The position numbers and the translations under genes were made by a program. A DNA stretch of 31,384 nucleotides from Bacteriovoracia bacterium (lineage in GTDB: Bacteria; Bdellovibrionota; Bacteriovoracia; Bacteriovoracales; Bacteriovoracaceae), in the NCBI GenBank assembly GCA_046570105.1, contig JBKHVI010000032.1, positions 1-31,384 of the forward strand. Reading direction: 5' to 3'. The notes beneath the pieces are model-generated. The model made no database searches, was not told the origin of the DNA, and was given only the letters and a program-made list of their open reading frames with translations. Below are positions 9,425 through 17,363 of the stretch, piece after piece. The stretch's first letter is position 1. The number at the start of each line of letters is the position of its first letter.

Positions 9425-10609
9425 ATGGCCGAACTTCCACCCTACGTCTTTCGTCGTGCAGGCTTGCCGCCTTTATGGACAACAGAACAGTTGTACTTCG
9501 ATGGTGATGAATTCTATGCAGATATCTTGCGAGATATCGATAAAGCACAATCGCTAGTGACGGTTGAAGTGTTTATCTTTGCAGATGACCCATTGGGAGA
9601 GCGTTTTTTTCAATCTCTGAACCGTGCGGCCGAAAGAGGCGTTCGGGTTTATTTGATGGTGGATGGAGTTGGGTCTCACCGCTTTACCCAAAAAGTTCAA
9701 CTTCGTGAGTACCATCCCAACATTAAGATCAAAATTTATAATCCTCACCCCTGGACATTCTCGTACGATCACTTAAGTGATGTCTTTCGTGTGGGGGAAG
9801 TCTTTCTTAAGCGCTTAGTTGGTATCAATCGAAGAAATCACCGCAAAATTATTACGATTGATGAACGCACGGCCTACACAGGTAGCTTTAACATCACCAC
9901 CGATCATTCTAAGGAATATAGCCAGGACGAAGCATGGCACGACATTGGTCTGCGCCTGACGGGTTGGATTGCACCACTCTTTATCCTTTCGCTAATGAAG
10001 AACTGGGGCATTCAGGCCTTTTTTAGATACCGTCGCAAAATGCCTAAGAAACGCTTCATTCGATTCAATCATCCTGACATAAGACTTAATCAAGATTTTC
10101 GCTTAAGACGGTCTCTCTACAAAGACTTTCTTAAACGCATCAAGAAATCCCGACGTCGTATCTGGCTTTCAACTGGCTACTTCCAACCCAAGCGGCGAAT
10201 TATTCGTCTGCTTAAAGAAGCGGCCAAACGTGGTGTAGATGTTCGCATCCTGCTTTCTACCAAAAGTGATGTATTTTACTACGCACTCTTGCAAACCTAT
10301 TATCACCATGAGCTCGTAAAAGCAGGGGTCAAGATTTTTGAATATGACCCAACCGTGATTCACGCTAAAAATTATTTCATTGATGACTGGGTGACGGTCG
10401 GTTCCACCAATCTCAATTATCGCAGTTTCATGCATGACCTCGAAGTTGATATACGTATTCAACATCCAGATAATAAAAAGCTGCTAGAAAAAAACTTTGA
10501 AGATCAGCAACATCACTCTCGAGCTGTCACCCAACACACCTTAGACGCGCGTCCTTGGTGGATAAAACTTTTCTGTCGATTCGTTTTTCTTTTTAGATAT
10601 TGGAATTAA
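9425..10609 (+). CDS. clsB: Cardiolipin synthase, phospholipase D family (ClsB/YbhO-like, no N-terminal TM)
   Basis: Two HKD motifs, RNHRKIITID and HAKNYFID...GSTNL, next to a YbhP-like gene. Start at ATG 9425 (alternative GTG 9407). Confidence 0.82.
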   Translation: MAELPPYVFRRAGLPPLWTTEQLYFDGDEFYADILRDIDKAQSLVTVEVFIFADDPLGERFFQSLNRAAERGVRVYLMVDGVGSHRFTQKVQLREYHPNIKIKIYNPHPWTFSYDHLSDVFRVGEVFLKRLVGINRRNHRKIITIDERTAYTGSFNITTDHSKEYSQDEAWHDIGLRLTGWIAPLFILSLMKNWGIQAFFRYRRKMPKKRFIRFNHPDIRLNQDFRLRRSLYKDFLKRIKKSRRRIWLSTGYFQPKRRIIRLLKEAAKRGVDVRILLSTKSDVFYYALLQTYYHHELVKAGVKIFEYDPTVIHAKNYFIDDWVTVGSTNLNYRSFMHDLEVDIRIQHPDNKKLLEKNFEDQQHHSRAVTQHTLDARPWWIKLFCRFVFLFRYWN

Positions 10610-10610
10610 T

Positions 10611-11354
10611 ATGCGCCTAAAAATCCTCACCTATAACATCCATAAAGGCTTCGATATTTTTAATCGTCGCTTCGTACTCGGACTCATCAAACAATCCATC
10701 AGAATGCTTGAACCAGATATTGTTTGCTTGCAAGAGGTGCAAGGTGAACATGAAAAACTAAAAAAGAAAGTCACTGATTGGCCACTCGAGGCTCAGTTTG
10801 AATTTTTAGCTGACACTATGTGGCCACACCACGCCTACGGAAAAAATGCAGTCTACCCGCTTGGTCACCATGGCAATGCTCTCCTCTCAAAATATCCTAT
10901 TAAGTATTGGCATAATCTCAATCTCTCACTAGATAAATCAGAGATGCGCGGCATGCTCCATGCTGAGATTTATCTACCAGAAGAGAATCGTACATTTCAT
11001 ATGATGAATACCCATATCAATCTTTTCCATGGCGCTCGTGTGAAACAGGCCAAGCTCATGCAGAACTATATCAACGAAAAAATTCCTCATGATTCGCCAT
11101 CAATTTTAGTGGGCGACTTCAATGACTGGCTTTTGCGTCTTGACCCCATCATGCGTGAAGGCCTAGGAGCGACCGAACTCTTTCACCACCTCTATGGTAA
11201 ACATGCTCGGACATTCCCCTGCTTTATGCCCAAGCTGCCACTAGATCGAGTTTATTTAAAAAATGCCATTCCCGTTCAGGGAATGGTGCTAAAAGATGGG
11301 CCTTGGAAAGATCTATCTGATCATCTGCCTATCTACGCTGAAGTTGACGTATAA
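10611..11354 (+). CDS. Endonuclease/exonuclease/phosphatase family protein (YbhP-like)
   Basis: TYNIHKG, DIVCLQEV, YGKNAVYPLGHHGNALLS, GDFNDW, LDRVY, LSDHLP. Confidence 0.92.
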   Translation: MRLKILTYNIHKGFDIFNRRFVLGLIKQSIRMLEPDIVCLQEVQGEHEKLKKKVTDWPLEAQFEFLADTMWPHHAYGKNAVYPLGHHGNALLSKYPIKYWHNLNLSLDKSEMRGMLHAEIYLPEENRTFHMMNTHINLFHGARVKQAKLMQNYINEKIPHDSPSILVGDFNDWLLRLDPIMREGLGATELFHHLYGKHARTFPCFMPKLPLDRVYLKNAIPVQGMVLKDGPWKDLSDHLPIYAEVDV

Positions 11355-12343
11355 CGCTCTCGCCAGCTTAGAACTTTTGGATCCATAACTCTAAACCAAA
11401 CAGGTGGTAGGAGTGCCAAGAGAATCATTCCTGGGTAGCCCGAAGGAAGCTGAGGTGCATCTTCGTGATGCTTCAAAATAGTATAGGGAAGATGCGCGAG
11501 TGCATGATGATCGCTGTGACGTTGAAGATTAAATAACAAAAGATTTGAGAACTTATGTGCCGAATTCCATGAATGAATCGGTGTCACTTTTTCATAACGA
11601 CCATTACCTAATGGCTTCCGAGATAGACCATAATGTTCGAGATAGTTCACCATTTCAAGCAGGACAAATGCCACGATGGCCTGACTTAAGAAAAAGATAA
11701 GAACTTTTATTCCTAGAAGGCCTGCTCCTAAAGTAAATAGCATCGCCAGTCCCACACCGTACAAAACTTTATTTCTATCAATTTTGAGAGCATGAACAAA
11801 ACTACCCACAACTGAACGAATAATGAATGAATAGACGTTTTCACCTGAACGCGCGCTGGCAGGATCCTCAGGTGTAGACACCATCAAGTGGTGTCCCCGG
11901 ACGTGCTCAACTGCGAAATGCTGATACCAAACAGATGCTAAAAGAAAATCAGCGACAGTTCGCGGTAGAAATTCTTTTTTATGGCAAAGTTCATGGGCAA
12001 CAGTGATTCCCATTCCGCCCGTGTAGAGTCCGACCACCAAGGCAGTGCCTAAGATGTTTATCCAGCTATTCATATCAAGAACGGCCATCACGGCGACACC
12101 GAGCAAAGCAAAATGAGTGAGAGCGTAAAAATAAAGCGCCGGCCCCCACACTTTCTCGCGCTTCCAACTTTTTTCTTCTTCTGTGTTTGGATTGCGCTTA
12201 TCTGCCCCAATCAAAAAATCGATGAGCGGGATTCCGACAAAGACAAAGAGCACTGGCACTAATAAAGCCGCACCTGACTGGATCACACCCCAGAAAGCGA
12301 TAACGGTAAAAATCAAAAAAGCAAAAAATTGAATTGGGTGCAT
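11333..12343 (-). CDS. alkB: Alkane 1-monooxygenase family membrane diiron enzyme
   Basis: AlkB His boxes HELCHK, EHVRGHH, NYLEHYG (HYG motif) and LQRHSDHH, plus DPASAR and PQLPSGY. Confidence 0.9.
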   Translation of the reverse strand: MHPIQFFAFLIFTVIAFWGVIQSGAALLVPVLFVFVGIPLIDFLIGADKRNPNTEEEKSWKREKVWGPALYFYALTHFALLGVAVMAVLDMNSWINILGTALVVGLYTGGMGITVAHELCHKKEFLPRTVADFLLASVWYQHFAVEHVRGHHLMVSTPEDPASARSGENVYSFIIRSVVGSFVHALKIDRNKVLYGVGLAMLFTLGAGLLGIKVLIFFLSQAIVAFVLLEMVNYLEHYGLSRKPLGNGRYEKVTPIHSWNSAHKFSNLLLFNLQRHSDHHALAHLPYTILKHHEDAPQLPSGYPGMILLALLPPVWFRVMDPKVLSWRERYTSTSA

Positions 12344-12432
12344 GAGGTGATTTTAGACTGATTGTTTCAGGGTTGGAAATTCAGATCATTTAGACAAACA
12401 GTACGACGCATAATTAGGGCAAGACAGGTAAT

Positions 12433-12458
12433 AAACCACCTCGCCGGGAGGTTGGTTT
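12433..12458. terminator. Inverted repeat / possible terminator or insulator hairpin upstream of the TA promoter
   Basis: AAACCACCTC-gccgg-GAGGTTGGTTT, a stem with a one-base bulge. Confidence 0.45.
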
Positions 12459-12486
12459 GACAAATAATGACAATGTATATACAATG
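12457..12486 (+). promoter_or_regulatory. Sigma70 promoter with an overlapping palindromic operator for the brnTA pair
   Basis: TTGACA (12457-12462), 17-nt spacer, TACAAT (12480-12485). Perfect palindrome TGTATATACA at 12474-12483. Confidence 0.75.
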
Positions 12487-12768
12487 AAATACAGACAGCT
12501 GTTTGAGTGGGATGAGTCAAAAGAATGGGCTAATCGCATGAAGCATGGTCTGAGATTTGAATCAGTTTTAGGTCTCTGGGAAGATAAGCTCGCTAGTGAG
12601 TTTGTCGATGAAAACTCAACAAAAGAAATTCGCTACATTCGTCGAGGTTTCAATGAGCTGAATCAATTTCTCGTTGTTGTATTTACCGAAAGAAACGACA
12701 CCATAAGAATAATTAGCGCAAGACTTGGAACACTAAGAGAGAGGAGGCTACATGAGGGACGAATATGA
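12484..12768 (+). CDS. brnT: BrnT-family type II toxin (ribonuclease)
   Basis: FEWDESKEWANRMKHGLRFE and LVVVFTERNDTIRIISAR. Overlaps the downstream antitoxin start. Confidence 0.9.
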   Translation: MKYRQLFEWDESKEWANRMKHGLRFESVLGLWEDKLASEFVDENSTKEIRYIRRGFNELNQFLVVVFTERNDTIRIISARLGTLRERRLHEGRI

Positions 12769-13003
12769 TTTCACAAAGATGAAAAAGAGACCTGGAAAAG
12801 TTAAAGTCATTCCTGAAGCTAGCAAGATTCCTATTAGCTTACGACTAGAAGCCGCCACAATTGTTGCTTTAAAGGACGAGGCTGAAAGATTAGGAATCCC
12901 CTATCAAACACTTATTGGCAGTGTGCTGCATCGTTATGTAACAGGTGAGATGTTGGATCGAGAACAAATGGAAAAGGTTATGGAGATTATAAAAAAACCT
13001 TAA
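12752..13003 (+). CDS. brnA: BrnA/CopG-like ribbon-helix-helix antitoxin
   Basis: MRDEYDF N-terminus and ISLRL...LKDEAERLGIPYQTLI. SD GAGGAGG. Confidence 0.85.
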   Translation: MRDEYDFTKMKKRPGKVKVIPEASKIPISLRLEAATIVALKDEAERLGIPYQTLIGSVLHRYVTGEMLDREQMEKVMEIIKKP

Positions 13004-13662
13004 TTCAGAGCCAATTTCTTTCCATCTTGAAAAAGCCAAGTAGGCCCTACAAAAGTTTTACGTTCACCATCGATAATAATTCCCGCCCCATCTGGGCATG
13101 CGTAAAGCATGCGCTTAGACTTTCGGGTTAGTTTTCTAAACTCAGTATCGTAGCGAGGAGAATTTTTGTAATGAGGAAAGAAATCGAACTCCAAGAGACC
13201 CAAGGAATCGAGATTCTTAATATTGTCATGATTTTCATCACGATCAAATGAAGGCATCGCAGCTGTTGTAATATCGGGAGTCATCATAATGGCTCCGGCC
13301 GAAAGCCCAGTAAGAATCCCACCATGATGAACATAGTCACGAAGGGCTTCCAGCATCTTCGTTTTTCTCAGCCACAATAAGAAATGAAATGTGTTACCGC
13401 CACCTAAGTGAATTATATCCGCTTTGAGGACTTCTCGAAAAAGCGTGCGGTCAAACGGCACATCAACAGGGAAATGCAAAAAACGTTTCACGCGAAAACG
13501 ACGGTATTGATCGACAAAATGTTGGAATTCTATTTCAGAAAGATAGGAGGATGCAGGTATGTACGCCATGAGTGGGTTTTTTACTTCCACCATACGCATC
13601 AACTCATCATCTAAGACTCGATTCGCTCGGGCATCTCCACCCGAGTACAGCACCAACTTCAC
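13000..13662 (-). CDS. Peptidase S51 family (peptidase E / cyanophycinase-like, class I GAT-like fold)
   Basis: YIPAS, IHLGGGNT, nucleophile GLSAGA, LGLL..DFFPHY. The GTG start abuts the stop of the upstream gene. Confidence 0.88.
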   Translation of the reverse strand: MKLVLYSGGDARANRVLDDELMRMVEVKNPLMAYIPASSYLSEIEFQHFVDQYRRFRVKRFLHFPVDVPFDRTLFREVLKADIIHLGGGNTFHFLLWLRKTKMLEALRDYVHHGGILTGLSAGAIMMTPDITTAAMPSFDRDENHDNIKNLDSLGLLEFDFFPHYKNSPRYDTEFRKLTRKSKRMLYACPDGAGIIIDGERKTFVGPTWLFQDGKKLALN

Positions 13663-15522
13663 TTATAATCCTTCTCGGCACTCCCGCACGATTCCTGCCA
13701 TATCACGAAGGATATTCTTCTGACGTGAAGGTGAATTGTCTCCAGGGTCAATCTCAGTTGTTTTTGCACGAAGATCGGGATCCAGTGTTTGATAGTGAGC
13801 AAATTCACTCATGATCTGGAAAACTTCTTCGGCTTTTAAACGCGGACGACACTTCGAAACCTTTTCAACCACATACGTAATCGAGTCACCTGTAACACGA
13901 TCATACTTATTTATGACTGATGAGCGCATAGTGATATCAAGCAATAGTTGGTGACGCTCTTTCTTTTGATCTTTTGCACAAAGATCAACAAGATTGAGAT
14001 AAGCCACTTGGAAACGCTTAATCTGCTTCAACATCATTGGTGTAAGCTGCAAGTCTTGCTTCTTGGCATAACTCGAACGAATAATTTCGATGAATTCATC
14101 CGGCTTAAGTAACTCTCCACGAGTTAAATAAAGCTGAGGAAGCTCACGCAGAATATCGCGCATACAAAATACCGCATCACGGGTAATACCATCGGCGACT
14201 TTATAAGTTCCACGGACACTTTTAGCGCGCTCAAACCAAGTGAAGACACGGCGGAAGACGCGCACATCATTTAAATGAGCTTTAAAAAGTTCTTGGGCAT
14301 ACTTTTCTTTAAAGCCCACTTTATAAAGAACGTTTTGATATTTGGTTTTCTCAAATGTTTCTTCAAAACGCTTCAGTGCCGGATGGTTTTTAAAATCGGC
14401 GAGAGGACGTTTTTTCTTTTTAATTAAGAAGTCAGTGATTTGAGCGAAACATTGCACAATGTATTTAGCTTTTTGCTTCTGCTCCAAAATTGTCGTTGAG
14501 AAGCGCTGAACATCATCGTAACGATATTCACTATGGAACAAACCGAACTGACGAATTGAACCATAATCAATGATTCCGCCATCCATCAAAATATTATCCC
14601 CATCCCAATCGAGCCAGCAGAAAATGTATTCATCTTCAAAGCGAGCCGCAGTTTCTGCAAACGTTTTTGAAACCTGGTCGAGTAAATAATTATAGCGCTC
14701 AGTAGGCGTCTTCGAACGAACATCAGGCCAGTTACCATTCGCCACTTCACGTTCAGTGTAACAATCAGCCACTTGCTTGAGAGCTTTGTAGTTACCTTGC
14801 TTCAAATGACTAAAGAAGTGCGAAGGACGTAATAGATTTTGGTAAGCCCGAACATTAATAGCTAAACCTTTGTCGTACTCAACAGTTGCTAGGAGTCGCT
14901 CCGTTTTCACGCGATTCTTTTTGAATACTTCTGAGAAGAATAACGTCTCTAAACCTTCACCAGTTTCACTACATCCGCAACCGTATGAAACAGAAGGGTC
15001 GCCTGTCTGAAAATATTTCTTTTGAATATTCACTGCTGGTGACAAACGTGTTCCACCCGTTCCACAACTTGAGATGTCCCAAGTTGTTCCTTGATGACGG
15101 ATATTTCCATTCCAAATCGTGCGGCCATCTCCCGATGTACGGCCCGACTTATCAGGATGCTGAAGTTGCAAATAGCGAGTCGCCATATAAGTATTCGGAC
15201 GAATCTCGTCTTCAGGGAATTTGATATTATTTTCAACATCCCATTCGTTAATAATTTGCAGACTAAATGTTTCGAGGATTTGTTTTTCTAATTCTGGATT
15301 AAGTACTGCTGGATGATCTTTCGGGATGAGTCCCATTTCCTTGGCGAGGTCAAAATGAAAGAAAACGACCTTGCCACCCTTCTTAGTACGAACCTTATAC
15401 TCCACGCGTCCATCAGGAACCTGCGTCTTAAAAGGGTGCTCGCCATTAATTTTTTGGAACATCGGGTAAGACTTACGAGCTTCGTCTTCCGTCACCTGCG
15501 GCTTCTTTACTGAACCTACCAT
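13663..15522 (-). CDS. Divergent SelO/YdiU-like pseudokinase-fold protein
   Basis: SGDGR, WDISSCGTGGT (cf. HLKGAGxT), LRPSHF (cf. IRFGHF), WDGDNILMDGGIIDYG (cf. MNTDNM...DYG). ATG 15522 has an AAGGA SD. Confidence 0.68.
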   Translation of the reverse strand: MVGSVKKPQVTEDEARKSYPMFQKINGEHPFKTQVPDGRVEYKVRTKKGGKVVFFHFDLAKEMGLIPKDHPAVLNPELEKQILETFSLQIINEWDVENNIKFPEDEIRPNTYMATRYLQLQHPDKSGRTSGDGRTIWNGNIRHQGTTWDISSCGTGGTRLSPAVNIQKKYFQTGDPSVSYGCGCSETGEGLETLFFSEVFKKNRVKTERLLATVEYDKGLAINVRAYQNLLRPSHFFSHLKQGNYKALKQVADCYTEREVANGNWPDVRSKTPTERYNYLLDQVSKTFAETAARFEDEYIFCWLDWDGDNILMDGGIIDYGSIRQFGLFHSEYRYDDVQRFSTTILEQKQKAKYIVQCFAQITDFLIKKKKRPLADFKNHPALKRFEETFEKTKYQNVLYKVGFKEKYAQELFKAHLNDVRVFRRVFTWFERAKSVRGTYKVADGITRDAVFCMRDILRELPQLYLTRGELLKPDEFIEIIRSSYAKKQDLQLTPMMLKQIKRFQVAYLNLVDLCAKDQKKERHQLLLDITMRSSVINKYDRVTGDSITYVVEKVSKCRPRLKAEEVFQIMSEFAHYQTLDPDLRAKTTEIDPGDNSPSRQKNILRDMAGIVRECREGL

Positions 15523-15617
15523 TAACCATCCTTGGTTACAGACGTATCTAAATAAAATTATAGGACCAGTCGTACGGTATCCCAAACTAAAACTGTCAGC
15601 GGGAGCTTTTTTCCCCT

Positions 15618-16430
15618 CTATAACTGATCAACTAGCTCAAGAAACTTCTTACGATAGCGCCCTTCACGATGGTGAAACACGTCCGTGTGTTGCCCATGTG
15701 GAAGTCGCCACCACCATTTTTTTGCAACTATTTTTCCATAGTTCTTTACCCCAAGCTCATAGGGCACAACCTCATCTTTAGTGGCATGAATACCCAATAC
15801 GGGCACCTTGATTTGTGCCATGGTTTTCTCGGAAGCGAACTCATCTGAGACCGCCAAATAGGCCAAAGGGTAAAACGGCCACAACAAGATCCGCGAGCCC
15901 AGCTTTTGTGCGGCAATACCTTGATAACTCCCAAAAGTTGAGTCCTGTACTAGGAGATTAACTTGGGTTTGATGAGGAAAATCCACCAAGGCCCGGGCGG
16001 AAATCTGACCTCCTAAACTTTGTCCGTAAACGATGAAGTATTTTGTCTTTCGTTTTTCATGATCATGAAACGCCCAATCAAGTGCTGCTAATGAATCCAT
16101 GTGGACTCCTGCTTGAGTTGGGCTTCCTTCTGAGAAACCATAGCCTCGATAGTCAAAAACCAATAAATCAAAACCTTCTTTGATGATCCAGGCCAGATTC
16201 AAAAAGTGCGACGACATATTCTCGGCATTTCCGTGGAAATGCAGAATTGTGCCCTTGGGATTTTTTGCTCGAAACGCCCAAGCATAAATTTTTGTTCCAT
16301 CAGCAGACTTAAGCCATACCTCTTCAGGGGCAAGCCCAACTCGTTCCGGCGCAAACAATGCACCTTTGATCGGTTGGTAAAAAACATGACTGCAGCTCAC
16401 TAGGGACAACAATACAAGGATCTTAACCAC
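15618..16430 (-). CDS. Alpha/beta hydrolase, probable lipoprotein
   Basis: HFHGNAEN, DYRGYG, GQSLGG nucleophile, DEVVP acid, HTD. Starting at GTG 16430 gives the signal MVKILVLLSLVSC. Confidence 0.87.
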   Translation of the reverse strand: MVKILVLLSLVSCSHVFYQPIKGALFAPERVGLAPEEVWLKSADGTKIYAWAFRAKNPKGTILHFHGNAENMSSHFLNLAWIIKEGFDLLVFDYRGYGFSEGSPTQAGVHMDSLAALDWAFHDHEKRKTKYFIVYGQSLGGQISARALVDFPHQTQVNLLVQDSTFGSYQGIAAQKLGSRILLWPFYPLAYLAVSDEFASEKTMAQIKVPVLGIHATKDEVVPYELGVKNYGKIVAKKWWWRLPHGQHTDVFHHREGRYRKKFLELVDQL

Positions 16431-16508
16431 GTCTTGACTGAGCTTTGACCAAGACCTGATTTCCCCAAAACGATTTTTTCGAGGAGCATGAAGAGAATGG
16501 AGGAAAGT

Positions 16509-16661
16509 ATGATTCATTTATTCACTCGTCTATTTTTCATGCTCGCCTCACCGGTACTTTTAGTGATTTATTGGCGCAACAATCTTAAAAAGATAGATTT
16601 GGATGAATTGCACCAACTCCTATCTTACAAAGATTTAGGCAGCTTCTTTTCCGAAAACTAA
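16509..16661 (+). CDS. Small (50 aa) putative single-pass membrane protein, absent from the ORF track
   Basis: SD GGAGGA (16499-16504), ATG 16509, TAA 16659-16661. Translation MIHLFTRLFFMLASPVLLVIYWRNNLKKIDLDELHQLLSYKDLGSFFSEN. Confidence 0.55.
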   Translation: MIHLFTRLFFMLASPVLLVIYWRNNLKKIDLDELHQLLSYKDLGSFFSEN

Positions 16662-17363
16662 TTAATCGATATTAAAATCAAAACTTTTCCCAGGAAAAGC
16701 TTCTTTAACGAGTGAGAAGTGCCACCATTCTTGAGAATAATTTTTAAAGCCATGGCGCTTCATCACATCTAACAATAATTCGCGATTGCTTTTCTGTTCT
16801 TCTGTTAGTCCCGCAGTATGCGTGTGAGAGCGTTCATGGAAAAAATCAAAAATCGTTCCCATGTCGAGTTCAATCCCATTTTCATTAACAATCGTTAAAT
16901 CAACGGCACTTCCTCGTGAATGACTTGATTCAGTGGCGATATATCCTAGCTTAAAAAGATCGAGCTTAGTATGCGTAGGATAGTAGCGTTCTTTAATAGA
17001 AGGAATATCACCTGGTATCTTTGCCCAAGTCTGAAAATATTTAACAGCTTTAAGCGGTCGATAGGCATCAAAAATTTTGAGTCCCAGCCCTCGCCCTTGT
17101 AATTCATCTTGAACTGCGCACAGAGCTTCTGCTCCTGCCTTACTAAAGTAGGCATCGACGGTGTGATATCCATCAACAACTGTTCCTGTAAAATTCTCAG
17201 GAGTTGCATAGCTGGCTGCAATGATTAAGCTTGGGCATTCTTTCGAGAGAGAAACAAAACCTTCCGGCAACATGCTAGTCCCTTCTTTATCATCAAAATG
17301 ATGGGCACAACTTGAGAAAATACTAAAAGAAGCGATAGAAACCCAAATGCACTGTTTCACCAT
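16662..17363 (-). CDS. ddpX: D-alanyl-D-alanine dipeptidase (VanX/DdpX, M15D), possible lipoprotein; start uncertain
   Basis: YAT.ENFTG, IFDAYRP, SSHSRGSAVDLT, DMGT.FD, EWWHF. Possible lipobox FSSC. Confidence 0.88.
   Translation of the reverse strand: MVKQCIWVSIASFSIFSSCAHHFDDKEGTSMLPEGFVSLSKECPSLIIAASYATPENFTGTVVDGYHTVDAYFSKAGAEALCAVQDELQGRGLGLKIFDAYRPLKAVKYFQTWAKIPGDIPSIKERYYPTHTKLDLFKLGYIATESSHSRGSAVDLTIVNENGIELDMGTIFDFFHERSHTHTAGLTEEQKSNRELLLDVMKRHGFKNYSQEWWHFSLVKEAFPGKSFDFNID

Noticed and set aside
12344..13003. Mobile element or prophage remnant around brnTA
   Set aside because: No integrase, transposase, terminal repeats or target-site duplication were seen.
16431..16517. N-terminal extensions given in the ORF track (hydrolase 16517; also 2017, 3468, 12457, 15585, 19828, 26303, 29234)
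   Set aside because: Downstream starts fit SD position, signal peptides or family N-termini better.
16662..17363. Vancomycin resistance cluster (vanX)
   Set aside because: There are no vanH, vanA, vanR or vanS neighbours. DdpX-type dipeptidases are common in Gram-negative bacteria.
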